Positions 40,933-49,680 of a DNA stretch of 64,000 nt are shown piece by piece. The position numbers and the translations under genes were made by a program. The notes below the pieces were generated by a model, which saw only the letters and a list, made by a program, of their open reading frames with translations, had not been told where the DNA came from and made no database searches. The DNA comes from Acidobacteriota bacterium (GTDB lineage: Bacteria; Acidobacteriota; CAIWXX01): assembly GCA_040755995.1 (NCBI GenBank), contig JBFMAF010000008.1:1-64000 (forward strand), written 5' to 3'. The stretch's first letter is position 1, and the number at the start of each line of letters is the position of its first letter.

Positions 40933-41583
40933 GTCCTGAAGAGCATCGTGCCGGCAGGCGCCTTCTGCTGCGGTTCAATTCTGGGGAGGAGCCCCGTGCG
41001 CCTGCGTGCGGAATCCCTGTCGGAGGTCGGGACCCCCGGGGAACAGGCCTGGGTCCCGGACTTGGAGCGGCGAATGATCAAGAGGTCCGAGTCCCCAGGA
41101 TGGGTCAAAGCGGAGAAGGCGGAGTATTGGATCAAGGATCTGATGGCGAACATGGACGAGATGCTCGATCGCGAGACCACCGTCAGATTGATGCAGGCCT
41201 GCGGGCGTTCATGCTTCCGCCTCGCCTTTGGCGTCACCGACGAGAACAAGTCTTCACGCGAAGATGTCCAGAAGTACCTGCGCTTCCTTGAGCAACGTGG
41301 CACTGGGCTCAAGCGCGAAGGCCATGTCGTAACTCTCACCTTCAATTGGGGAAGAGATCATCAGAACCCGTGGGGACTCACCATGCGTGATGGCTACTGT
41401 ATGTGCCCGCTGGTCGAGTCGGGCCCGCCGGGGCTTTCCCCCACATAATGCCTCTGCTCGACCGGATATGTGAGGGAGAGCTTCGAGCGCCGGGTCGGTG
41501 TCCCCGTGAAGGTTGAACCACTGGAGTCCCTCAAGATGGGGTGCCGGGACTGCGTGTTCAAGGTCACGATCACGGGGGTGTAG
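40933..41583 (+). pseudogene. Cys-containing exported protein (DUF6144-like), apparently 5'-truncated, with an in-frame TAA
   Basis: MQACGRSC...YCMCPLV...SPT-TAA(41446-41448)-CLCSTGYVRESFE...LESLKMGCRDCVFKV-TAG. The frame continues with family-like sequence. The start abuts the repeat end. Confidence 0.7.
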
Positions 41584-41606
41584 CGGCCCTCACCTCACTT
41601 GGAGGT

Positions 41607-41714
41607 CACGCCCTCATCGCCCAGCTGTGCATCCGCCACGAGTTCCGGTTGCTCACGAGCGATCTCGACTTCCAGCGCCTTGCGAGACACGCTCCTCTCG
41701 TCCTGATGGAGTGG
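41607..41714 (+). pseudogene. C-terminal relic of a PIN-domain (VapC) toxin
   Basis: ALIAQLCIRHEFRLLTSDLDFQRLARH matches the VapC C-terminal pattern (DxLIA...LLTxDxDF). No N-terminus or antitoxin seen. Confidence 0.7.
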
Positions 41715-42959
41715 CGGCAATCTCCTCAACAGATCTGGGCAACGGCACCGTTTCGCCGTCTCCTCACTCGGCCGGGGCGAGGCCATCGGCGCCGGGAAGA
41801 ACCGTCAGCGAGACTGAGCCGACCAACGCCTAGCCGATATCCCTCGCAGGTGCCAGCTGCAGTCCGTGCCTCTGCAAGGGGTTAAAGTCGTGCGGTACCA
41901 CCGTCTCGGGGTTTTTCGACGGGATTGGGGAAAACCTCCGACGCGATCCGATCGGCTGCGGCTGAGCAGAGATGTGAGTATTGCGGGGCGCGGTACGGAC
42001 TGTGAGGCTACAGTGCAGGAGCAGGGCGAGCCCCGGAGGGGCGGCACAACTGCGCTCCGATTGTCTCACCCCTCCGGCTCCGGCCGCCTGGATCACAAAC
42101 AGCTACCGGTTCCGGCTGCTCTGGCAGACCGATGAGAGTAGATCAGATATACATCACCTCGTCCTCCGGCCTCCTCGCCCGTGCCTCCCAGATCGTGCTG
42201 AGCCTCCAGCCGACTCGGCGCCGGGCGCCGCTGGTACGGACGTCTGCACCGCCTCCTCCTCAAACCGGCTGGAGTTTCTGGAACCCGCAGACCGTCTGGC
42301 GGGACTCAAGGGACTCCTGGGCATGTTCTGAATTGCACCGATACTCGCTCGCTGACCTCGCCTCCATACCTCCTTGCCGGCCCCGTCGACGCCTGCAAGG
42401 CGTGACAAGGGTCTGTGGCCTTGGCGGCCTCTGTCAGGTACCCGTCTCAGATGATTCACAGCGGGGACGGGTAGAGCCGCCTTCAGAGGGAAGTAGAACC
42501 GGTGGTCACTGTAGGACGCGACGCAGTCGTTCCGGCTGCTATCTTCGGAGCGACAGAGGGCGCAGGGCACGGTGACCTGGTTGGCCCCCCTGTAGCCGGG
42601 AGCCTGTTCTGGCAGTTGGGAGGATTCGCCGCAACCCGCTCAGTGGAACGACATTGTACCTGGTGTGGTGGTTAGGGACATCGCGTCGGTGAGAATCAAA
42701 ACGGACGGCGCATCGACCTCCGGACTGAAATCGGGGAGGATCGCGCGACACGGCTTGTGAGGGAAAGGGTTCTTCGATTGAGTCAATTCTTGCGCAACGC
42801 GTCATCCGCTCCGAGTACTCACGGTGGTCTCTCTCAACTCTCGACTGTTGACGCTCGACGCGCGGCGGGGCCGGAGCAGCATTGCAGGAATCGCCAGTCT
42901 GAGACCCCGCCTCGCCAGGTCTTGGAATGATCAGGAGCACCAGGAGATGACCTGCTTCG

Positions 42960-43427
42960 ATGGGCGTCGATTGGCTCAGTGCCGCCATCGAGGAGTTGCC
43001 CAGGATCGCCTGCCTGCGCGACGCCACATTCGAGTCGCGGGTGCAGAGAATGGGCAATTGCGGTGTGGGCATCACGAACCTGATCCTGGCTCCCACGGGG
43101 CAACTGAAAGCCTGCCTCTACCTGGAAGAGGATGAGTGCTTCGGGGATCTGAGAATCCAGACACTGGAAGACGTGTTCAACAGCCCGAGGGTGCGGGCGC
43201 TGGGAGAGCTGAGGGCGCCCGGAGGCGCCAGTTGCGCAGCCTGCACCTACGAGATGTTCTGTATGGGGTGTATCGTCAGGGGCATGAAGATCGTGGCCAA
43301 GCACAAACGGCAGTGCCGCTGGGCCCAGGAGAGAGAGTTGGGCCGGGCATTTCCCTCGTGCACTGACTATCCGTTTCAGGGAGGCGAAGGAATCTTCCGG
43401 GTGAACCCGAGTCAGTCCGTGTGCTAG
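42960..43427 (+). pseudogene. SPASM domain without a radical SAM core (truncated peptide-maturase-like gene, or a stand-alone domain)
   Basis: NCGVG..KAC..SCAACTYEMFCMGC..QC Cys pattern. In-frame TGA at 42948-42950; no CxxxCxxC seen upstream. Confidence 0.7.
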
Positions 43428-43451
43428 GCCCCGTCTGAGGCCGATTCCGAG

Positions 43452-45311
43452 ATGTGGGAAGCGTATTCGCTTGTCAAGCGGGCTCTCTTAGGACCGGTCG
43501 CATCGTGTTCGAGCCCTGGGGTTTTCGAGACACCGCGGCACCTGGGCTACCGCGACCTGGGGAGACTCCGGCCGTTCCTGGCCTCTCACTGGCGAAACGG
43601 GGCGGTGGCCGTTGCAGCGATGCTCGTGAGCACGCTGCTCTCGTTGCCGCAGCCGATGCTGGCGAAGTACGTTGTCGACGTTGTGATCGCAGGGCACGAC
43701 ATGCGGTTGCTCAACGTTGTTGGGCTCGGGATGATCGCCCTCGCAGTCGCAACCGCCCTGACTGGCCTCGTCCAGAACGTCCACCTGCTCCGATTCCAGC
43801 AGGATCTCATCTGCGAGATTCAGCAGAGGCTGCTGGATCGGGTCCTGCGCCTGCCGAAAGCGCTGCTGGACTCGAAGCAGACCGGGTACCTTGTCTCCCG
43901 GGTGGTGAGCGACGTCGCGCGGTTGCAGGCGCTCTTCTCGACGGGTGTGATCATGGTATTGCCCTCGGCGGTGAAGCTGACGTTCTGGCTCGGGGTGATG
44001 TTCTGGCTCAACTGGCGGCTGTCGCTGCAGGCGCTGGCGATCCTGCCGCTGATGATGTTGATAGCTCATCGGGCGGGAGGCCGCGTGAGGACTCTGAGCC
44101 GCGTGGCGATGGAGCGCGCGGCGGTGCTGTCTCGGGAGCTGCAGCAGTCGCTGGCGGGCCTGATGGTGATCAAGACGTTTGCCACTGAGTCCCGCGAGAC
44201 CCTGCGGCTGAAAGGAATTCTGCGCGATTCGATCGAGGTAGGAGTGGATCACGGTGTAGCCTCGACGGTCGCCACCCTGACGATCGGCCTGGTTGGAACG
44301 GTTGCACTGAGTTTGGTGACATGGGCTGGAGCGGGCCAGATCATCGCAGGATCGATGACGCTGGGAGATTTCGTCGCGTTTAACGCGTGTCTGGTAGCCA
44401 TTTACGGTCCGGCGCAGGCGCTGGTCTCGTTGAATGTCGCGGTGCAGGCCTCGTTTGCCGCACTAGAGCGGGTGTTCCAGTTGCTAGACCTGGTGCCCGA
44501 GGACGAGGACGACGATTCGAAAACGACCGTGCGGACCATCCGGGGTGACATCGCCTTCGAACACGTGATGTTCTCGTACGACGGCGTGAAACCGGTCCTG
44601 ACGGACATCTCGTTTGCCGCGAGACCGGGCGAGATGATCGCGCTGGTCGGTCCGAGCGGGGCGGGCAAGACGACGCTGGTCAGTCTGCTGGTGCGGTTGT
44701 ACAGCCCGTCCAGCGGTCGGATCCGCATCGACGGCACAGACGTCGCCGAGCTGAACGTGAGGTCGGTCCGGGAGCGGATCGCGGTCGTCTCCCAGGACGT
44801 ATTCCTCTTCGACGCCACGATTCGCGACAACATCCGGTACGCGAGGCCCTCGGCGTCTGATGCGGACGTCCGAGAAGCCGCGGCGCTGGCGGGCGCGCAG
44901 CAGTTCATCGAGGAGTTGCCGGACGGGTACGAAACGCGGGTCGGAGAGAGAGGCCAACGGCTGTCGGCAGGACAGAGACAGCGGTTGTCGCTGGCGCGGG
45001 CGTTTCTGAAGAGCCCCGATGTACTCGTCCTCGATGAGCCGACCTCGGCGCTGGATCCGTTGGCCGAGGGAGAAGTCAAGACGGCGATGACGCGGTTTGC
45101 CGAGGACCGGACCACGTTCGTGATCGGCCATCGTCTTTCCACGGTGGCCTGCGCGACGCGGATTCTGGTGCTCGACAAGGGGGTGATCGTCCAGGCGGGC
45201 TCGCACAGCGAGCTGATTCGACAGGAAGGGTTGTACAAGTCGATGTGCCGGAATCGGATGATCGCGGATCTCGTGCCTGCCGCGGCTGTGTCCAGGAAGA
45301 CAGGGTGCTGA
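43452..45311 (+). CDS. ABC exporter, fused TMD-NBD (MsbA/peptide-export type)
   Basis: TM domain plus GPSGAGKT, LSAGQRQRL, LVLDEPTSALD, GHRLST. Confidence 0.93.
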   Translation: MWEAYSLVKRALLGPVASCSSPGVFETPRHLGYRDLGRLRPFLASHWRNGAVAVAAMLVSTLLSLPQPMLAKYVVDVVIAGHDMRLLNVVGLGMIALAVATALTGLVQNVHLLRFQQDLICEIQQRLLDRVLRLPKALLDSKQTGYLVSRVVSDVARLQALFSTGVIMVLPSAVKLTFWLGVMFWLNWRLSLQALAILPLMMLIAHRAGGRVRTLSRVAMERAAVLSRELQQSLAGLMVIKTFATESRETLRLKGILRDSIEVGVDHGVASTVATLTIGLVGTVALSLVTWAGAGQIIAGSMTLGDFVAFNACLVAIYGPAQALVSLNVAVQASFAALERVFQLLDLVPEDEDDDSKTTVRTIRGDIAFEHVMFSYDGVKPVLTDISFAARPGEMIALVGPSGAGKTTLVSLLVRLYSPSSGRIRIDGTDVAELNVRSVRERIAVVSQDVFLFDATIRDNIRYARPSASDADVREAAALAGAQQFIEELPDGYETRVGERGQRLSAGQRQRLSLARAFLKSPDVLVLDEPTSALDPLAEGEVKTAMTRFAEDRTTFVIGHRLSTVACATRILVLDKGVIVQAGSHSELIRQEGLYKSMCRNRMIADLVPAAAVSRKTGC

Positions 45312-45326
45312 GGCCCGGCAGGCGAT

Positions 45327-45388
45327 TGGACACGCCCATGGTCCAGCAGACCTGGCGCTCTTGCAGCGTGTTCTCCGCCGGTACGGAA
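45327..45388 (+). repeat. 62-bp inverted copy of 47007-47068 (Ntn hydrolase gene segment)
   Basis: 57 of 62 positions identical by manual comparison with the reverse complement. Confidence 0.85.
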
Positions 45389-45907
45389 TTCCCCGGCGCC
45401 TTGGCCATGACCGGGACGGCCGTCTGGGGTTCCGCACTCGGCGATGTCCAGGCCCGGCTCATCGGCGTTCCGGTAGCTTTCGGCGTCGGCTTGGCCGTTG
45501 CCCTGGCAGTCCAGAGGAAGCGGGGATTGGGAATGGCTCTGGTCGGAACGGGGGTTCCCGCCGTCAACCATGTCGGGGTCTTTATCATCCCGGGGTTGTT
45601 ACCGTTTCAGGAGAGTCTGCCGGGATTCGCTGAAATGGCCCTGACCGCGCTGGTTCTGGCGATGTTCATTGGGATCATCGCCCTTCGCATCCGCGATGAG
45701 AACCAGGCACTTGAGATCCTTCCCGAATCATTCGCCCGGATCCACCGGACCTATGTCGTCAACCTGGACCAGGTCGAATCGTACAGGCATCTCGGAGGGA
45801 GCCGTTATGCGATCCGGTTGAAGAACGGGGATATTCTCCCGATGAGCCGCCATCGGCTCCGGGAACTCGAGCGCGTGTTCGGGAAGGATTGCCCGGGACG
45901 GATTTGA
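45338..45907 (+). pseudogene. Chimeric in-frame ORF: Ntn fragment + kinase TM segment + LytTR C-terminal part
   Basis: MVQQTWRSCSVFSAGTE / LAMTG...RDENQALEIL / PESFARIHRTYVVN...CPGRI, with no stops across either junction. Confidence 0.75.
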
Positions 45908-46119
45908 TCAGATGGTTCGTTGACAGTGAAGGTCACCCGGTCATGAAGTTCCCAAGTGAGACTCGTAAGATCAGGCCAGTTGGATCTGCTCGTCGAACGC
46001 CTGATCGATGATTGCGTTCGACACCACCCCATGTTCGCCGGCCGACAGTTCGCACCTCGGCGGCGTGGAGCCGGCTCCGCTGCAGGCGCCGGGGATGATG
46101 TCGAGGACCAACTGCTTCC
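45402..46119 (+). repeat. Diverged, internally deleted direct repeat of 39081-40931
   Basis: Junction at AGATCCT (45714-45720), which is shared by 39393-39399 and 40526-40532. Confidence 0.93.
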
Positions 46120-46190
46120 GGTCGAGCACAAACAAAGCCGCGGGTACGGGTGCCGGCCTTCGGCCTGGGTACGGTGCGTTGTGTCATGAT

Positions 46191-47330
46191 TCATCGCTCT
46201 GAGGCACCGCCTCGCTGGGTGCTGTCGGAGGCCGGGCCAGTGCTGTCTCCTTGCCGCGGCCAGAGTCCTTCCAGATGATAAAGAACATCCCACTTCTGAT
46301 ACACCGAGAAATGCAGATCCAACGTCTTCGGTGCATAGACGACAGACCACGTGGTGCCCTTCTGCGCAACTTCCTGAAGGAGTTTCATTCCGGCACTCCG
46401 GTCCGCGTTTCCTCTGGTCTTGTCGAGGGCTTCTGAGATGGTTCGGAAGCGCCAGCACTGTTCTCGAAGACTCGCATCCGGCACGCCGAACACCGGTTTC
46501 GTTGTGAGGACCTGCCAGGACCTCTGGGGGCGCACTATTCTCCACTGATCCTGCTCGTGTTCCAGGATCACCGAACGCCCCGATGCATCGGCGACCAGGA
46601 AATGCGCGTTGAACGAGTTTCGATCGAGGTCGAAGGGGATGAAGTCATTGATGAATGCCACCGCCTCCTCGACACTCCTCGTCCGGTCGAGGATCATGCG
46701 TATCAAGAAGGTAGTGAAGACCAATTGCTTGTTGGCTCTCGGCGCATGAGTGGTGGGTCTCACGCCGGCGACTGCAACAGTCAAGCCGTGCTCGTTGATG
46801 CCGTCCATGGCATAGAACGGGGCCAGAAGGAGCCTGTTCCCCATCTCACTCCCTTTGACCTGCTCGAGGTCAACGTTCAATGGAAATCCAATATCAATTG
46901 CCCTGGTAAACGAAATAGAGGAGTACCCGTTGGGAGGTTGATAGAAACTGACGATGATCGAGCCGACATTCTGATTGTCCCAATTCCTTCCGATGATTGG
47001 ACAGTGTTCCGTGCCGGCGGAGAATACGCTACAAAAGCGCCAGGTCTGCTGGATCATGGGCGTGTCCAGTGCTTTCTGGTTTTCCTTCCGGAACAGCTCC
47101 TCGCGATCGCCGAAATGTGTGATGAGGTAGAGCCCGTCCTGGCACATTCCCCCTGTTCCCTGGACCTTCACAATGCTCTGCTGCGTTCTGGCCTCATCTG
47201 ACATCGACCGCGGAGGCTGTTGGAATCTCACCTCGACGATCTCCTGCTGCGCACGCGCGAGCCCGGCGATGATGAACAGGGAAATCAATGACGACGCCCA
47301 GACCCTCCCCGGATCTCGATTGAATGACAT
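46191..47330 (-). CDS. Secreted linear amide C-N hydrolase (Ntn/choloylglycine hydrolase-like)
   Basis: AGGAGG RBS before MSFNR; signal peptide; CSVF..GRNWD, MDGINEHGL, HFLVADASGRSVILE, TTWSVVY. Confidence 0.85.
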   Translation of the reverse strand: MSFNRDPGRVWASSLISLFIIAGLARAQQEIVEVRFQQPPRSMSDEARTQQSIVKVQGTGGMCQDGLYLITHFGDREELFRKENQKALDTPMIQQTWRFCSVFSAGTEHCPIIGRNWDNQNVGSIIVSFYQPPNGYSSISFTRAIDIGFPLNVDLEQVKGSEMGNRLLLAPFYAMDGINEHGLTVAVAGVRPTTHAPRANKQLVFTTFLIRMILDRTRSVEEAVAFINDFIPFDLDRNSFNAHFLVADASGRSVILEHEQDQWRIVRPQRSWQVLTTKPVFGVPDASLREQCWRFRTISEALDKTRGNADRSAGMKLLQEVAQKGTTWSVVYAPKTLDLHFSVYQKWDVLYHLEGLWPRQGDSTGPASDSTQRGGASER

Positions 47331-47486
47331 CTGGGACCTCCTCTCCATCTCTGTACGTGGGTCCATGTTTTCGCGTTCCACTCGGCCTTCTCATGAGTGT
47401 ACGGTTGCGGAGCGGAGAGAAGTCGAGAAAAGACTCCGAATCGCTCTTTGAGACTCCCAGCTGCGTCCGCATGCCTGAACGCGCGA

Positions 47487-48650
47487 TTACCCGGCGGGTC
47501 TGGGGATTTCAGGTGGGCGGGCGTTTCGTGCGAGATCGACGAGCCGCCGGCAACTGGCAGCCAGGTCCGGACCGTGGCGATGCAAGTCGCCGCCGATAAG
47601 CAACACGACGTCAGGGCCGTAGAACGAGATCAGCTCGGGGACGCGCGGCAGGCTCATGCCGCCGGCCGGCACGGGGAAGATGGGATTGAGGCCCCCCAGG
47701 TCGCACTCGGTGCACTGCACGATATCGAGACACTCCTCGCGGCTGAACGAGAAGCGCCCGCGGAAACTGGGGAAGATCGTGGCGTCTGCGCCGGCGAGCC
47801 GCGCGATGCGACCGAATATCGTGCCATGAGAAATACCCGAGTCCCCGCTCACGATCGCCCAACCCTGCCACGCCGGATGGCTGAAGATCGGCAGGGCGAT
47901 CGAGTCGTCCTCGGCGATCCGCCGCATGAAGTCGAAGCCGCTGAGACCCGGCGAGAGTACGAAGCCGCCCGCTCCCCACTCAACCGCCTTGTGCACGCGC
48001 TCGATGAGCTCGTCGCACGGTGCCGTGACGTTAGGCAAATAGATGCAACGCCCGCCGTGCTTGGCGTTGGCCTCGTTCACGGCTGCGGCGCAGCGTCTCA
48101 CACGCTCCTCGAAGCGGCAGAAGCTCTGGTCGCAGAGGCCGTGGTCATCCTTGACCGCATCAATGCCGCCCGCTGCGAACTGGCCAGCAAGGATGGCCAG
48201 CTCGTGCGGCGAGAGCCCCATCGGCTTGACGGCGGTGCAGAGCAGCGGACCGGCCGGGCGACCGACCAGCCCGCGCACCCCCTGCCGGCCGAAGCGCGGC
48301 CCCTTGTACAACGCAGCCAGCCCCGGCGGCAGATCGAAGCCGACGAGCCTGATTCCCCTCTTCAGGCTTATGTTGCCCATGAGGACATTGAGCAGTTGTG
48401 TAAGCTCGCGGCCTGCGACCTCGATCGGATAGTCTACTTCCGCGCGATGCAGATCTTCTCCGAGCGGCCTGAGGTCCACTAGCCGGCCGATGATCCCCTC
48501 GCGCACGTCCTCGCGGTGGATCAGCTCCACCGGGAACTCCACTGTCTGCTCGACGCAGATCTCGCGCGCGATTTCCCCGGCCTCTGCCGCGTTCCCGCGC
48601 AGGTGGTAGACCGCCCGTAGGCGTTCACCGCTCAATGCCGGCGTTCCCAA
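47487..48650 (-). CDS. RuBisCO-like protein (form IV RLP; motifs resemble the DeepYkr clade)
   Basis: EQTVE, GNISL, GPRFG, TAVKPMGLS, KDDHGL, YLPNVT, SHPA, IFPSFRGRF, PVPAGGM, IGG. TTG start at 48650 after GAGG. Confidence 0.92.
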   Translation of the reverse strand: MGTPALSGERLRAVYHLRGNAAEAGEIAREICVEQTVEFPVELIHREDVREGIIGRLVDLRPLGEDLHRAEVDYPIEVAGRELTQLLNVLMGNISLKRGIRLVGFDLPPGLAALYKGPRFGRQGVRGLVGRPAGPLLCTAVKPMGLSPHELAILAGQFAAGGIDAVKDDHGLCDQSFCRFEERVRRCAAAVNEANAKHGGRCIYLPNVTAPCDELIERVHKAVEWGAGGFVLSPGLSGFDFMRRIAEDDSIALPIFSHPAWQGWAIVSGDSGISHGTIFGRIARLAGADATIFPSFRGRFSFSREECLDIVQCTECDLGGLNPIFPVPAGGMSLPRVPELISFYGPDVVLLIGGDLHRHGPDLAASCRRLVDLARNARPPEIPRPAG

Positions 48651-48660
48651 TGCTGCAGCC

Positions 48661-49680
48661 TCAAAGGTCCTCGACCACGCCGCCGCGGACCGGCTCAGGC
48701 GGCTCCGCCGCTGCCAGATCCTCCTCGCGCACACCCAGGGACTCGCCTGCCAATTCCTCAATTGCCCGCAAGAGGCCGAGGGCGTCGAGGCCATACTCGC
48801 GCATCAAATAGGTCCTGCTCGCACCGTGGGCGTAACAGTCCCTGAGCCCGAGGCGTACGAGCTTGCGCCCCACACCCGCCCCGGCCATCAGCTCGGCCGT
48901 CGCCGAGCCGAGTCCGCCGATTGTCGAGTGGTTCTCCAAGGTGATCACGCCGAGGCGTGCCGTCTGAACCGCATCGATCACTTGCGGATCGTCGAACGGC
49001 TTGAGTGTCGAGACGTGCAGGTGCGTAGCCGAGAGACCCCGGCGCTCGGCGGCCGCGATCGCCCGCACCGCCTCCTCGGTGCAGATGCCGCTCGTGATCA
49101 CAGCCAAATCGGTCCCCCGACGCAGCGTGCGAGCCTTGCCGATCTGGAGCGGCTCGTCGCGCGGGAACAGGCGAGGCACTTCGCCGCGCAGCATCCTCAC
49201 ATAGACAGGCCCATCGACCGGGTGAACCGCGTCGAGCACCGACTCCACATCGGTTGCGTCTCCGCAGTCGGTGACCGTCATGTTGGGCAGGGCCCGCATC
49301 AGCGCCACGTCGTCGATCGCCTGATGAGTCACGCCCCCAGGGGTGGTGACTCCTGGCAGGAAGCCGATCAGCCGCACCCTCAGATTCGGATAGGCAATCG
49401 ACATGGCGACCTGGTCCAGAGCCCGGCGGCAGATGAAGACGGCGAAGGTGTGGACATACGGGACAAAGCCCTCGCGGGCCAGGCCGCCTGCAAAGCCGAC
49501 CATGTTCTGCTCGGCCATGCCGAAAGAGAAAAAGCGCGCAGGGTAGGTCTCCCGAAAGTCGTCGGCCTCACACGACGATGTCAGGTCTGCGCTGAGCACG
49601 AGCAGCTCGGGATGATTCGCGGCGAAGCGAACCAAGTTGCGGGCGTGGGGCCGCTGCACCATCTCCATCTCAGGCCTCAC
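48661..49680 (-). CDS. Transketolase-like C-terminal subunit (pyrimidine-binding and C-terminal domains)
   Basis: LSADLTSS, FGMAEQNM, THQAIDD, PVYVR, STLKPFD, ENHSTIGGLG. Confidence 0.92.
   Translation of the reverse strand: MRPEMEMVQRPHARNLVRFAANHPELLVLSADLTSSCEADDFRETYPARFFSFGMAEQNMVGFAGGLAREGFVPYVHTFAVFICRRALDQVAMSIAYPNLRVRLIGFLPGVTTPGGVTHQAIDDVALMRALPNMTVTDCGDATDVESVLDAVHPVDGPVYVRMLRGEVPRLFPRDEPLQIGKARTLRRGTDLAVITSGICTEEAVRAIAAAERRGLSATHLHVSTLKPFDDPQVIDAVQTARLGVITLENHSTIGGLGSATAELMAGAGVGRKLVRLGLRDCYAHGASRTYLMREYGLDALGLLRAIEELAGESLGVREEDLAAAEPPEPVRGGVVEDL

Noticed and set aside
41446..41448. Selenocysteine or pyrrolysine read-through
   Set aside because: The codon is TAA, not TGA or TAG, and the position looks like Tyr.
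41720..42950. IS element or RiPP precursor gene in the unassigned stretch
   Set aside because: No transposase motifs, paired terminal inverted repeats or convincing short ORF with RBS could be identified by eye.
47487..48650. Bona fide CO2-fixing RuBisCO
   Set aside because: KDDH instead of KDDE, no second Lys in the KPKLG motif, no loop-6 Lys, and no small subunit or phosphoribulokinase nearby.
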